Assembly: GCA_002104905.1 (NCBI GenBank)
Contig: MCFE01000699.1
Span: forward strand, 1 to 44,107
Direction of reading: 5' to 3'
Origin: Basidiobolus meristosporus CBS 931.73
Taxonomy: Eukaryota; Fungi; Basidiobolomycota
Length of the DNA: 44,107 nucleotides
The translations under genes and the position numbers were made by a program. Numbering within the stretch: position 1 is the stretch's first letter; the number at the start of each line of letters is the position of its first letter. Shown piece by piece: positions 9,381 to 21,390 of the stretch. The notes beneath the pieces are model-generated. The model worked only from the letters and a program-made list of their open reading frames with translations. It made no database searches and was not told where the DNA came from.

Positions 9381-10557
9381 GATCATCTAGAATCGGAGTA
9401 TTTTTTGCCAATGGTGTAGAGTTCTTCTCAGGACAGGCAGGTAATCTATGTCCCATCTTTCCACATTCAAAGCATTTGTCATCAGCATATGGATTATCAG
9501 TTTTGGTGTTTTGCTGCTTCTCTGACATGTTTCCAGACTTGTTTAACTGCTTAGTGATGCCTTTGCACTCACTGGTAGAATGATAGCATCTTCCATGAAG
9601 CTCACAATGCTTGCTAGCGGTTGACTTTTTCTTAGTCATATGACTGCTCTCTTTTCCAGTTGTTGCTGCATCTTGAATGGAGTTGCCCAAAGCCTGGCTA
9701 ACAGCTGCAGTCATGGTGATTGCAAGTGTGCATATCTCTGAGATTTTGTCATAGGTGTGTGCAGGGTTGCATGCTTTGACAATAGCAATATTTCTCTGTA
9801 GCTGGTGTGAATAGTTTGAAAGACAGTGAGAAGTAAGCAATGGATTTTCATCACTAACTCCAGCTAGTCTCATTTGTCTCTGGAATCTATCACAGAAGTG
9901 TTGCACAGATTCACCTTTTTGCATTTTAGTTTTCCATAAGTTGCAGTTTAGATGAGCTTTCTTGAGGGGATCTTCAAAATGGCCACAAATGAGGTTCTGC
10001 GCAACTTTCCATGTACTATTGGAAGGAATGTTCACCTCAACCCAGTCAGCATCTTGCATGGTGAGACAGAGAGGCAGAAGTCTAGCCCAATTGGTGTCAG
10101 GGTCTAGCTGGTGAGCAGCTAAGACATGACTAAACTTGTAAAGAAACTCAGTAGGATTCTTTATGGCATTGGCTCCTTCAGCATAAAGAGGCAAGGATCT
10201 TGGGACAACCACCAGGGTAGGTCTAGAGGGAGATGTAGATCTGGAGGATCCAAAGGCATGACTTCTTGGTGGCTTATGCAGAGCAAGGCTTGGTAGATTT
10301 TCAATGCTGTCAATTACAATGGCAAAATTCTCCAGGGCTTCTTTGATAATTCCAATTTCATCTTGGTAACAAGAAATAACTTCAAGAAGTTCATCTCTAC
10401 AATGATTGTCAGATCTTGTCTTGGCAAGCTTTGAGAGCTCAAGCATCAAAGTGTTTCTTTCATGCATGACGTTTTCAAGCTGTTCAGTTAGTTCTTCCTG
10501 ATCTCTGCGGGCTTCTTCCAACATGGAAAGATTTGGATTGCTTGCTGCTGAGGACAT
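9381..10557 (-). CDS. Chromovirus Gag, interrupted near its C-terminus by element X; last 29 residues and stop lie at 8130-8218
   Basis: Coiled-coil N-terminus, retrotransposon gag core, CHHC-like CELHGRCYHSTSEC and CCHC CFECGKMGHRLPAC. Removing element X and one TSD restores an open 421-aa frame. Confidence 0.85.
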
Positions 10558-10598
10558 ATTGTAATGCGGTTGAATGTAATGGAATTTGACAAAAAAAA

Positions 10599-11296
10599 TG
10601 TTGTATCCAAGAGAAAAGTGTAATAAAACTCTTGAATGAGTTAACTGAACCTAAGTGATTACTAAGTGCAGAATCTTAGAATTGTCAAGAGTGACAGAAA
10701 TATTAGCAGAAAGGTTCTGGTCTAATATTGGTTTTGTATAAAGTTGAGTCGGGCTATAAAGGCAACAGAGTTAGTTTGCTATACAAGCTAGGCTTGGTGT
10801 TCTTGGGAATACTAGATATGCTAGGCTTGGGTGGAAACTAGAACAGAATTGTGGAATTCTTAATTTTGCTGAGGCACAATTTTAATTTCATTGAGACACA
10901 CACTAAACCAAAAGGTTCAGTAAACTTTATTTATACTCTTCTGATTGAGTTGCATTAGTAAGCACCAAGAGACTGGACTAATTGAAATCTGTTGGGGTGT
11001 TGATAGATGCATAGGATAAATGAAAAATTGCATCATTAATTAGCTGATGTCTTGGCAACTGCTAGGTGGTTGGATAAATCTCAGATGACTAATCCCTTGC
11101 AAAGGCTTAGCAGATCAGTTGAGGATGTAATGACCACATGAAAATTGATCAGGTGTGACCTCTAAAAATAGAACTGAGAAGTGATAAAATAAACCATAAC
11201 AGAGATTGGCTATGTTTGGGTTAGGGAAAATCAGTTAGGGTACTAGATTTTCTAACAGAGTGATATTGGCCAAGTTTTAAATGCTGATGCACAACA
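10599..11296 (-). repeat. Chromovirus 5' LTR
   Basis: Direct repeat of 6841-7538. The gag ATG lies 42 nt downstream on the minus strand. Confidence 0.95.
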
Positions 11297-11583
11297 GGCT
11301 GCCCCGGTGTAACAGATGATGTATATATATGCATGGTATTTATTTATAGGGGTTCTGTCTCAAATGTGAGACAACCTTGATATTGCTTATATCAAAAATT
11401 TAGTGATCACTGATTGGCAATGACTCAATTTGGATTGCAAAAAAAATATGTTGTTTGGATCATGACAAATAATAGCAATTCAATGCAATTGCACCTGAAA
11501 GCCACTTAGCTCTACTAATATATCATGTAATACATTAGTCATTTGAGGCAAATACTCATTCAAAGTCTCTTTGGTTCCCAAAG

Positions 11584-11913
11584 TTAAGGCATGAATGGAT
11601 ATGTCCAGCCCATGCTGTGAAAGTTGTGCGCAAAACTGTCCCACATGGCTTCCTCATCAAGTCCCTTCACTCTCAGCTCATTCTTGATTTCAGTACTTGT
11701 TTTGTTATATATCTTCTTACCTACATCTGCTGGCATCTTGATGTAGAACTCATGCCACAGCTTTCTACTCAGGTTCCTCCATCTCTGTTGACTCTCTGAG
11801 GTATCTAGTTCTGCAAGATTAATGGGTAGTGCCCAAATATCTGTATGAAGGCTCATCATAGACACTTGAGCCATACTAAAATCATTTGGCAAGTACTCAA
11901 ACAAACTCATCAT
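11584..11913 (-). CDS. Harbinger partner ORF, probable Myb/SANT (MADF-like) DNA-binding protein
   Basis: W-x16-RWRNL spacing (IWALPINLAELDTSESQQRWRNL) matches MADF helices 2-3. It is divergent from the transposase and homologous to 33750-34211. Confidence 0.55.
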   Translation of the reverse strand: MMSLFEYLPNDFSMAQVSMMSLHTDIWALPINLAELDTSESQQRWRNLSRKLWHEFYIKMPADVGKKIYNKTSTEIKNELRVKGLDEEAMWDSFAHNFHSMGWTYPFMP

Positions 11914-12364
11914 TGACTTCTCTGGTCTGGACTGTGCTTGTCAACTGAGGGATGGATTTTGTCTGGGTTGCACTAAAGATGATTTGAGACTTGATATAGG
12001 GACCATAGTGATGGATTTGGATACTTATACAGCAGTGTATTGGCATCAATCTGGTCTTATATGAAGTATATATGAAAACCAATGCAATTGTTGAGTTTTC
12101 TATTTATTATGCATGATGTATGGTGGATTGCATTGATACAGATCCAATCCCATAAATTGGAGATTTCCTATCTGATTATGGACTTGTGAGTAAAGCATCA
12201 ATAAGAATATTAAGTCATTATTTGAGGATGATTTTTGCAACATAATGATGGGATGCATGACAATTGATGGAGATTTATTCATAATGCTTAGAAAATCAGA
12301 TAATTAAAGCTGGTTGTGCTAAATCAAATCAATTTGCCTTAGCCCAATCACCAACCAGTTTAAT

Positions 12365-13250
12365 ATCACTTACTCATCTGAATGATCTTTTCTCATCAAT
12401 CCCATCACTACCACTGGATTTCCTTTTGACACACTAGAGGAGATTTATACCAAGTACTGTGGACCATCTAGCCCAATCTACTCATGGGGATCTCTTGTTA
12501 AGCTTCTGTGCTATTACAAGAACTATTGCCACACAAGGTTTCATCACACCATCCATGACAACAAAAGTCCTAGAAGCTTTCATTCCCAGCTGACAGCAAT
12601 GGAGAACCACCTTGCAGAGGGTATGAATGAATTAGAGCAAGCTTGGAGTACTAGGTTCAGAAGCTCTAATAGACTTCCATATCCCAGCATGTTCAGCAAA
12701 AAGTTCCATATAAGGAGTATTTTGGATACCTTCTTAGTCAGGATTAACAGACCTTCTAGAGGGCAGAGGCACTTTTATTCTGGCAAGTACAAGGCACACT
12801 GTTTGAACTTTCAAGCACTGTCTGACATTGAGGGTAACATTATCTGGTTTAGTGAGCCATTTGATGGAAGCAGGCATGACAAAGCACTCTGGGTAGAGAA
12901 TCATCCAGAATTCAGTAGACAGGAGAAATGCGTGGCAGACTTAGCTTATACAGGAGAGGATTGTCAGAGATTAGGATTATATTACAGCAAATAGGAAGTC
13001 AAGGAATGGTGTGCTTAGCAGGAAGCAGAAACTCTACAATGAGATAATTAATCATTGCAGAGTGAGGGCAGAGCAAATATTTGGATATCTGAAGAGATTC
13101 AGCATATTGGCTGGTAAGTATGGAGGAAAGTCTTATATAGGAGAAAACAGCAGAATAGGTAAAATAGTAAAGATACTTATCAATGCACAGTATATTCATA
13201 CAAGAAGACATCCACTGAGAGGAATGTGTCTGGAGCATTATGAAGAGTAA
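12365..13250 (+). pseudogene. DDE_Tnp_4-type (PIF/Harbinger/IS5-like) transposase, disrupted
   Basis: Homologous to 32603-33487. The ATG has become ATC, there is an early TGA, and the frame breaks near 12990. Motifs ILDT, YSGKYKAH, GSRHD and DLAY are retained. Confidence 0.9.
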
Positions 13251-13341
13251 ATAATGCAAGGAAAGCGCTATTCCATGCAACATAAGTAAGATAAAATAAG
13301 ATTACCAGTAACTATATCTTACCACTGGCATTATGGTAGAA

Positions 13342-13433
13342 ATTATAGTGCCAGATAGTGCCAAAAAGTGCCAAATTGATCTGGCACTATAAACAGGCTG
13401 GCACTATGGGGCACTATCCAACGGAACAAGTTC
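13342..13433. repeat. Subterminal inverted motif array plus TIR of the Harbinger-like element
   Basis: Three AGTGCC motifs followed by three GGCACTAT motifs, then CCAACGGAACAAGT. Mirrored at 32420-32510. Confidence 0.8.
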
Positions 13434-13743
13434 ACCTGTGTAACATTGAGATACCATATATGGAATGAAAGTGGTAGGGATGGTGACACAGCTTTGTCAT
13501 ATTCACAGGTACTGGCATGGGTACCTGCCTAATATGAAACACTTACATCATGTAATTGTATACAAAGTGAGGGATAACTTATGTAATAAGGTAAGCAGGT
13601 GTGATAGTCAGCCAGCTTATGGGATAGTATGGATCAAGTAAGACAAATGGGATAATACTAAAATATGGGTGGTAGAAAAGTAGGGAAGTAGAAAATATGG
13701 GAATGAGCACAAATGTCAGTGGGTGTTGCGGTGACCACACTAT
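13434..13743 (-). repeat. Diverged gypsy solo LTR, U3 half (partner of 5695-6290)
   Basis: Reverse complement of about 34212-34522. About 165 bp of LTR is missing next to the Harbinger end. Confidence 0.85.
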
Positions 13744-14098
13744 GCTGCAGATGGATCCAATTCAGATCAGCCATCAGGATCCTGTTTAGAGACTGTTGTA
13801 ACACCAGCTGCTTGGAATTAGTGACCCTCAGAACAATTTGATGACCAGATCACAATGGCATTTGGCTAAATTTACCGCTAAATAGAGTTAAAAAACTGAT
13901 GGGGCTCAATTGGTACTGTAGCAATAAATGCTGGCATTGTTGTGGTCTTGATACACTCTACAACTATTTTAAATGGATTCAACTGGCCAGAACATCCAGA
14001 TCCCATATATAGCAAAAAACTTGGCAGTGTTTTGACAGCATCATTGCAAGTTGTTAATGGCATTATTATGGCTGTATAGAAGCCTACAGCTGGTTCTG
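13744..14098. mobile_element. CACTA-like element copy 2, piece downstream of the transposase
   Basis: Collinear with about 29755-30117, which is uninterrupted at the copia insertion site. Confidence 0.7.
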
Positions 14099-14256
14099 TG
14101 TTGTAAGAGTCTTGGAGATATTGGAAGTGATTTGGAGAACAAGTAGATTATGTGGTTTTCACTTGATGATTTATTGAATGTAAAAGTAGTATTTATACTT
14201 TTACCTGGTCTTGGCATTACAAATCCGTAGAATAGGTTAAGGAAGGTCCCAAGAAC

Positions 14257-15499
14257 TGTTGTGTTGTATTATCATTAGTTTGGGGCTTGTTCTACAATGT
14301 AGAGGCTACTCAACAATATACAACAACTTCCAGTATGCTAACACTGAAATAGTTTATTGGGAGTTTGATATACCAATAGAAGATATAACTTTCACTAATT
14401 TCCTCAATCTTGGGCTCAAAATATACTGTAGGCAGTGTTTATCACTTCTACAGCAGTGTTCTGACCTTCTGTCAACTAATGGGCTTATTACTTTTATAGT
14501 AACTTTTCCTTATTTGGAAGTCACTTTCCTTTCTGAGAAAATATTTCCTAATATGGAAATTCTGAACTCCCCTTTAACCTAAAGGGGTGTGTTGTAGAAG
14601 TCTCTAAAGGGGTCCTTAGACCTAAAGTGGTGTCTAAAGGGGTGTCTTTAGAGTAAAGGGGCTTCTTGTAGTGGTCTCTAAAGTGGACTTTACACTAAAG
14701 GGGTGCCTAAAGGGGCTTCTTTAGAGTAAAGGGGTTTCTTAAAGGGGTCTCTAAAGGGGTCTTTAGGCTAAAGGGGTGTCTAAAGGGGTGTCTTTAGAGT
14801 AAAGGGGTTTCTTAGAGGGGACTTTTCCAACAGAAAAGTGGTAGTTTCTTGTAGAACTTAGATTTGATTCTTGTGAGCTTTGCAGTCTCTTTACTGATGT
14901 AGTACTGATCAAAGTCAGAATACTCAACAGTGCAAGTGATGCAGGGGAAGTCTTATAACCTTTAAACTTGTAATCGTAGTGTGGAGATTCTGGAAAGAGA
15001 GGCTCTCTCTTTATTTTTCAGCTGGGGAAGTTATATATATGAAAATCTTGAAGGATCAAAGTTTTTGGGCAATTGTGCAAGCAATACACGTGATACAAAG
15101 CTAAACTTTTACAGTGGCGCAGATCGGACATAGGCACAGCAGCTGTGAAAATTTCACGTGATTTAATTGGCTGGTTCAAAAGTTACACGCGATCAAAGTC
15201 ACCATAGTAATCGTAGCAATAAGGCATAGTATATATAATAGTTGGACTCTTTTGGTCATAACTCCTTAAGTACTGCTTCAAATGAGCTGTATTTTGAGAC
15301 ATGTGTTGGCTCCCTACGTGTTCTGTATGACATAATATTTTTGGGTGGATTGCTTGTCAGGGTCTGGAGCATTTGCTCTTCAAAGTTGGAAATTCTTGAT
15401 CTTTCTCTTGTGTGTTACGATAGCAAAATACAAAATAAAGAAATGAGTGCAATATTGGTTTAGAGATATTGTAGTAATGGAATACTTTCCATTACCACA
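14257..15499 (-). mobile_element. Element X copy 2 (1243 bp), inserted in the copia 3' LTR
   Basis: 4-bp TSD GAAC (14253-14256 and 15500-15503). Intact LTR copies read CCCAAGAACATGTG at the empty site. Confidence 0.9.
14569..14820. repeat. Expanded TAAAGGGG array in element X copy 2
   Basis: 252 bp versus 166 bp in copy 1, which accounts for essentially the whole length difference between the two copies. Confidence 0.9.
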
Positions 15500-15689
15500 G
15501 AACATGTGTGCAAAGTTTGGGGCTGTTTGGACAACTTTGGGAATTTTCATGTTCTGGGTAAATATTCTAAGTAAATCCCAACAAGGAATTTGGTCAGTAT
15601 TCTCTAGGATTTGAAGGTGATGATCTAAGTGACTAAGTTAGGTGAATATTTAGGTGGAGTTAAAAATTTTTACAACACTCCAACTCAGC

Positions 15690-18600
15690 TTAATGTTCAT
15701 ACTGACTAGACCTAATTTTGACCTAAGATATTCAAACTTGTCTCCAGCTAATGGTTTGGTAAATATGTCTGCAATCATTTCATCTGTAGGACAGTAAACT
15801 AAGCTAACTTAGTTATTCTCTATAGCTTCATGTATGAAATGATGTCTAATATCTATGTGCTTGGTTCTAGCATGAAAAGTTGGATTTCTACCTAATTGTA
15901 TACATCCTTGGTTATCTTGAAATAAAGTAATAGGCGTTTTTTGACATAGGCCTAAATCTGTAAAGAGCTTTCTTAACCACATTGCTTCTTTTGTAGCTTC
16001 ACAGGCTGCCATATACGCTGCCTCTGTAGTAGAAAGTGCTACGGTTGGTTGCTTTCTTGAATTCCATGAAATTGCTCCTTTACAGTAAAGAAAGGTGTAT
16101 CCTGTGGTGGATCTTCTGTCTTCCAAATTTTGTCCCCAGTCAGCATCAGAGTATCCAACAAGATCCTGTTCTGAATCCTTATAAGTGTATCTTAAGCAGA
16201 TATCAGCAGTTCCTTTTAGGTATCTAAAAATCCGCTTAACTGCTGCAATATGATCAGATCCATAGTTCTGATTATGTTGGCTGACAACTCCCACTGAATA
16301 TGAGATATCTGGACGTGTTCCAAGCATGATATACATCAGACTGCCAACCATAGATTGATAAGGAAAGTCAGGGCTTTCAGATGGCACCAAGCTCTCTTGA
16401 TTTGGATGAGTTTTGACCAAGTTAAGGTTTGTCTCCATTGGGGTAGCTGCTGGTTTACAGTCTTCCATTTTGTACTTCTTTAGTATTTCTTGAATATACT
16501 TGGATTGACTTAGGGTGATAGTCTGGGTACTTCTGTCTATGGAGAACTTAATCCCTAAGTAGTAACTAAGTTCTTCGGGATTGGACATCTTGAACTCCTT
16601 AGATAGGCTGGATTTAGTCTCTTCCAATGTTTCTAGGGTATTGGCAGCTATAATAAGATCATGCACATATAGAGCTAACAGAACTGGATTTGCTCTGTCT
16701 GGCTTATAGTATATACTATAGTCAGCATTACTCCTTCTGAAACTCAAAGATTCCAAATAAGAATCTATCTTGCAATTTCAGGCTCTTGGTGATTGTTTGA
16801 GACCATATAGTGACTTTATAAGCTTGCAGACCAAATGGGGGTTATTTTGATCAACAAACCCTTCAGGCTGGTCCATATACATGTCCTCATCAAGTTCTCC
16901 ATTCAAAAATGCAGTTTTTACATGCATTTGATGAATAAAAAACTTATATTTGGCTGCAATAGCCAATATTAATCTGATGGAATTAAACTTGGCTACCGGT
17001 GCAAAGGTCTCAGTATAGTCAAGTCCTTTTGTTGGAGAGTATCCTTTGGCTACAAGTCTTGCTTTGTATCTTTCAATTGTACCATCAGCCTTGTATTTTG
17101 TCATGAAGACCCATCTGCATCCAATTGATTTTTGGTTGAATGGTAATTAGACTAAGTCCCAAGTTTGATTTTCCATCAGGGCCTGATATTCCTCAGTCAT
17201 TGCAGATCTCCAAAACTTTGTCTGAGGGCTATTTATGGCCTCTTTTACAGTCTGGGGTACATCAATATGGACTGAATAGGCATTGGCCAAGTTTGTACCC
17301 TCATTGATATAGTAATTTGGGCTATTTCTTGTCCGATTGGATCTCCGGGCATTTGATACTGGAATAATCACTTCTGCAATATTCCTGGGCACTGATTCTG
17401 GCTGAACCATGGTTGTAGAGTCCTCTGGAGTGAAAAAATTATCATTGTTTTGCTCTGATTCAATCCTCACAATTGGTGGACTTGAGATCAAATTTTTGTC
17501 ATCATCTGATGTCATTTTTTGTGAAAATTTTGAATTTTCATCAAACAACACATCCCTGGACTTGATCAGCTTCTTTGCTTTGGTATTGTAGAGTCTGTAT
17601 GCCTTACTCTCATTGCAGTAGCCCAAAAATATGCATTTTACACTTTTTGGCTCAAAATTTGACTGATTTCCGGCCAGTTTTTTGGCATATGCTGTACACC
17701 CAAATATTCTTAGATGTTCTGTATTTGGTCTGTATCCATACCATGCTTCAAATGGAGTAGAATCACAAAGTATTCTGTTATAACTCCTATTTTTAAGATA
17801 TACAGCAGAGGCAACTGATTCCGCCCAAAAATCATAGGATAATTTTTGATCATGTATCATAGATCTTGCCATATCAATTATTGATCTGTTAGCACATTCT
17901 GCTACTCCATTTTGCTGTGGGGAGTATGGTACAGTAGTCTCTTGCTTTATCCCATGAATTTTGCGGAAGTGGATGAAGAGTTTTGAGGTATATTCTCCAC
18001 CATTGTCAGAGCATATTTTCTTGATTTTTTCACCAGTTTCTCTCTCCACCATGGCTTTAAACTCCCTGAACTTAGAGAGAGCTTCTTCCTTTTTCTCCAT
18101 GAAGTAGACCCATGTGTATCTTGTATAATCATCAATAAAAGTGATTAAATACTTCATCCCGCCTAAGGATAAATTTTGCATAGGTCCACACAGATCTGAG
18201 TGAATTAGATCTAACTTTTTCTTAGTTTTGATTAACCCAGAGCTCCTGAATGGTTGTCTGGATTGTTTCCCATATATGCAGGCTTCACAGTGCTCCAAAT
18301 TAGCTGGGGGATCAATTTTCACTCCAGAAATTAGCTGATCTTTGATCATTCTACGCAAATAATCAAAATTGATATGTCCAAATCTCCTGTGCCAAAGCAT
18401 TGGTGTTTCTTCATTTAAGTTACTTATATTGGCTTCCAAATATGATGGAATATAAGTCAACTTGTATAGATTCTGATCTCTAATGCCCAAAGCAATATGG
18501 GCACCATTTTGATCAGTGATCCTGCATCCAGAATTTTCAAAACTGAAACTGAGTACTTCTGCAGTGGCCTTGTTTACAGATAGTAGGTTCTTGGCTATTT

Positions 18601-19632
18601 CTGGTACATAGAGTACTTCTTTAAAGGTCAGTGTATGGCTTCCTTTACTGCTTCTTAGGTTTACTAGATAGTTCCTTCTCCCACTGCATTGAGTGTTCTA
18701 TTGTCACCCATGAAAACCTTCTTAATTGGAATTTCTTGATATTGGGTAAAAAGTTCTTTTTGGTGTGTAAAGTGTTGAGAAGCTCCAGAGTCAATATACC
18801 ACATCTGAGAATCCTTGTTTGTGGTCATATTTAGTGCAGATATGAATAGTCTATCTTCAGTTGTTGCAGCATTTCCATATTCAGGCTTCTTTTGCTGATA
18901 ATCTCTCTTTTTGAAAAACCGGTCTGATGTGTGTCCTTTCCTTTTGCAGTAGTTGCAAAATAGGTTGTTGTTGCCTTTGTAGGGTCTTGGGTACCTCTTT
19001 TGTTTGTTATTGTTGCTTATTAAAGCATTTTCTCCTTCCTTCTTATTGGCGCTTAATTTTCTTAATTCTTTATCCAGGAGCCTTCCATATACGTAGTTTA
19101 AGGTCAAATCTTCAGTTCTGGACTCTAGGGCTGATACAAGGCCCTGAAACTCATCTGTCAGGCTATTCAGGATGGTAACTATCACATCCTCATCAGTAGT
19201 TGGTACGCCCACAGATCCCATCTCATCTACCAGCAAGGTAATTCTGTTAATTAGATTTTTCATTTCTTCTCCTGGCAGCATCTTTGTAGTAAAGAATTTT
19301 TGTCTCAGATACATTTTCTTAGCAGCTGAACATGACTGGTAGGTGTCTTCTAATGCCTTCCAGGCATTCTTTGCCGTTTTGGCTCTTGAGCATTGAATTA
19401 GCAATTTGTCCTTAATATTAAGGCAAATGCAGTTAAAGGCACTTTGCTCTTTCTTCTGGTACTTTAATGCTCCCTCTCCCACGTTTTTAGGAGGGCATTC
19501 TTCTCCCATGACAATATCCCAAAGGCCTCTTTCTTGTAGCAGCATCTTCATCTTCACCTTCCACACTTGGTAGTTAGATCCATCCAACATTTCAGCAGAG
19601 GGAAAAATTCCAGTAATAGCAGTAGTAGACAT
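15690..19632 (-). pseudogene. Copia gag-pol of copy C (Gag-PR-IN-RT-RNase H order) with at least four lesions
   Basis: CNYCKRKGHTSDRC-like knuckle, WYIDSGAS protease, DNGGEY integrase, RT YVHD (degenerate YVDD) and RNase H GYSDADW. There is a 1-nt deletion near 18666 and stops at 17147, 16778 and 15809. Confidence 0.95.
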
Positions 19633-19663
19633 TGCAGAGAGTGACAGCTCAGGGCTCATAACC

Positions 19664-19995
19664 TGTTGTAAGAGTCTTGGAGATATTGGAAGTGATTTGG
19701 AGAACAAGTAGATTATGTGGTTTTCACTTGATGATTTATTGAATGTAAAAGTAGTATTTATACTTTTACCTGGTCTTGGCATTACAAACATGTAGAATAG
19801 GTTAAGGAAGGTCCCAAGAACATGTGTGCAAAGTGTGGGGCTGTTTGGACAACTTTGAGAATTTTCATGTTCTGGGTAAATATTCTAAGTAAATCCCGAC
19901 AAGGAATTTGGTCAGTATTCTCTAGGATTTGAAGGTGATGATCTAAGTGACTAAGTTAGGTGAATATTTAGGTGGAATTACAAACTTTTACAACA
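19664..19995 (-). repeat. Copia C 5' LTR (332 bp)
   Basis: TGTTGTAA...TTACAACA termini. TATAAATA (19755-19762) and AATAAA (about 19735-19740) are on the minus strand. Confidence 0.95.
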
Positions 19996-20950
19996 TTCTG
20001 TACAATGCTACCATACCTGTTTATCAAGTGGCATTTCCTTTTTCTACCTCCCCTGATACAATTTATATATTCCACTGTAGAATCACCCCTCTTTATCTGC
20101 TTACCTACTACTACCTTGGGTATTCCACATATAGTTTGAATCAAAAAATACTATGGCCTCCTGCTTACTTACCTCTACAAACACACACACCTGCCACAAT
20201 TGACATGCTTCTATCACTTCAACTTTATAGCTTTTAAGTGTGATACTTGCAAAGTGGTATATACTTTGTAATGCTGGTAACATATACATCTTGCAAACAC
20301 ATGCTTGTTGGTTGCCACTTCTGCCATCAATACCTCCTGAATATCCACAAAGAACTTTTTGGTATTTAGCCAATATATTTCTTCTCCCTGCTGGATTCTA
20401 CTCCCCCTTGTAGGTGTGCTCTGACTCTTGTTTATGTGAATTCCATATTGAGTGATGTAGAAGTTGGCTTGTAACCAAGAGAAACCTGACATACTTTGGT
20501 GGAGCTTTCCTAACAAAAATTAGTTCCTTGTTGCATCCAACCCAACTTTGCATTACTTAACTGATTACACACGCATTGGGGCTGTTTAGATTTTTAATGC
20601 CATAGGCATAGGTGTCTCCATGTACACAAATGTACTCAGTATTTTTGAACTCTTTCTGGCTGTCCTCATTGTACCAACTCATCACATCTATCACAGACTT
20701 GAAGGTAACACTCTTGATAAGATTGGGATATGGCAGTACCTGCAACTTAACTTGTCTTCCTATCTCCCCACACATCTACTCCATAAGAAACTCCCAAAAG
20801 GTGAAGCAAGGACCAATATTCTCCACTCACCAAGTAAGTTGGAGTAGAAAATCAATAGAGTAATGGCAGATATCTGCATGTTCAGCTTTATGTTTGTAGT
20901 ATAGCTGCTCATATCCTGTTACAAACTCCTTGCACAACAGATGTAGATGT
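19996..20950 (-). pseudogene. CACTA-like transposase remnant copy 2, C-terminal piece
   Basis: GPCFTFWEFLMEQMCGEIGRQVK; lies between the copia C and copia D TSDs. Confidence 0.75.
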
Positions 20951-21390
20951 TGTTGTAAGAGTCTTGGAGATATTTGGAAGTGATTGGGAGGACAAGTAGA
21001 TTATGTGGTTTTCACTTAATAATTTATTGTTTGTAAAAGTAGTGTTTATACTTTTACCTGGTGTTGGCATTACAAACACATAAAATAGGCTAAGGATGGC
21101 TCTAAGAGCATATGTGCAAAGTTTGGGGCTGTTTGAACAACTGTGAGAATTTTCATGTTCTGGGTACCTGGTGTTTTGGTGAAAATATCATAAGTGAATC
21201 CTAACAAGGAATTTGGTCCATATTCTCAAAGATTTGAAGGTAATGATCTAAGTGACTAAGTTGGGTGAATATTCAGGTGAAAATAGAAACTTTTACAACA
21301 CTCCCACTCAGCTAAATGTGCATACTAACCAGTCCTAATTTTGACCTAAGATATTCAAGTTTGGCTCTAGCTAATGGTTTGGTAAATATG

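Larger units (their letters stand above)
6841..11296 (-). mobile_element. Internally deleted chromovirus (Ty3/gypsy): LTR-gag-PR-[deletion]-chromodomain-LTR
   Basis: 698-bp direct repeats at 6841-7538 and 10599-11296 (TGTTGTATCC...GCACAACA). 5-bp TSD GGCTG at 6836-6840 and 11297-11301. PPT GGGAGGAAGTGA at 7539-7550. Confidence 0.95.
6291..13433. mobile_element. PIF/Harbinger-superfamily (Pangu-like) DNA transposon copy 1, about 2.7 kb after removing the nested chromovirus
   Basis: The left TIR AGACTTGTTCCATTG follows ACT, and the right end reads GGCACTATCCAACGGAACAAGT. It contains a transposase and partner ORF homologous to 32420-34211, and is flanked by the two halves of one gypsy LTR. Confidence 0.75.
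14099..19995 (-). mobile_element. Near full-length Ty1/copia copy C
   Basis: 5-bp TSD TTCTG at 14094-14098 and 19996-20000. 5' LTR 19664-19995 (332 bp). 3' LTR 14099-14256 plus 15504-15677 (332 bp once element X is removed). PBS 19650-19663 and PPT 15678-15686. Confidence 0.97.

Noticed and set aside
11302-11314. TGTTACACCGGGG on the minus strand as an LTR start
   Set aside because: There is no matching partner or TSD. The gypsy LTR's real U3 half is at 13434-13743, and this DNA is better explained as internal to the Harbinger element.
14259-14582. 107-aa ORF in element X copy 2
   Set aside because: The frame is broken in copy 1, the start is non-ATG, and the composition is not protein-like.
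19633-19791. Open frame from inside the copia LTR into gag in copies A, C and D (MPRPGKS...), suggesting Ty1-like LTR-initiated Gag
   Set aside because: The conserved ATG (19782) lies upstream of the LTR TATA box (19755-19762), so it is probably not in the transcript. MSTTAITG is the more plausible start.
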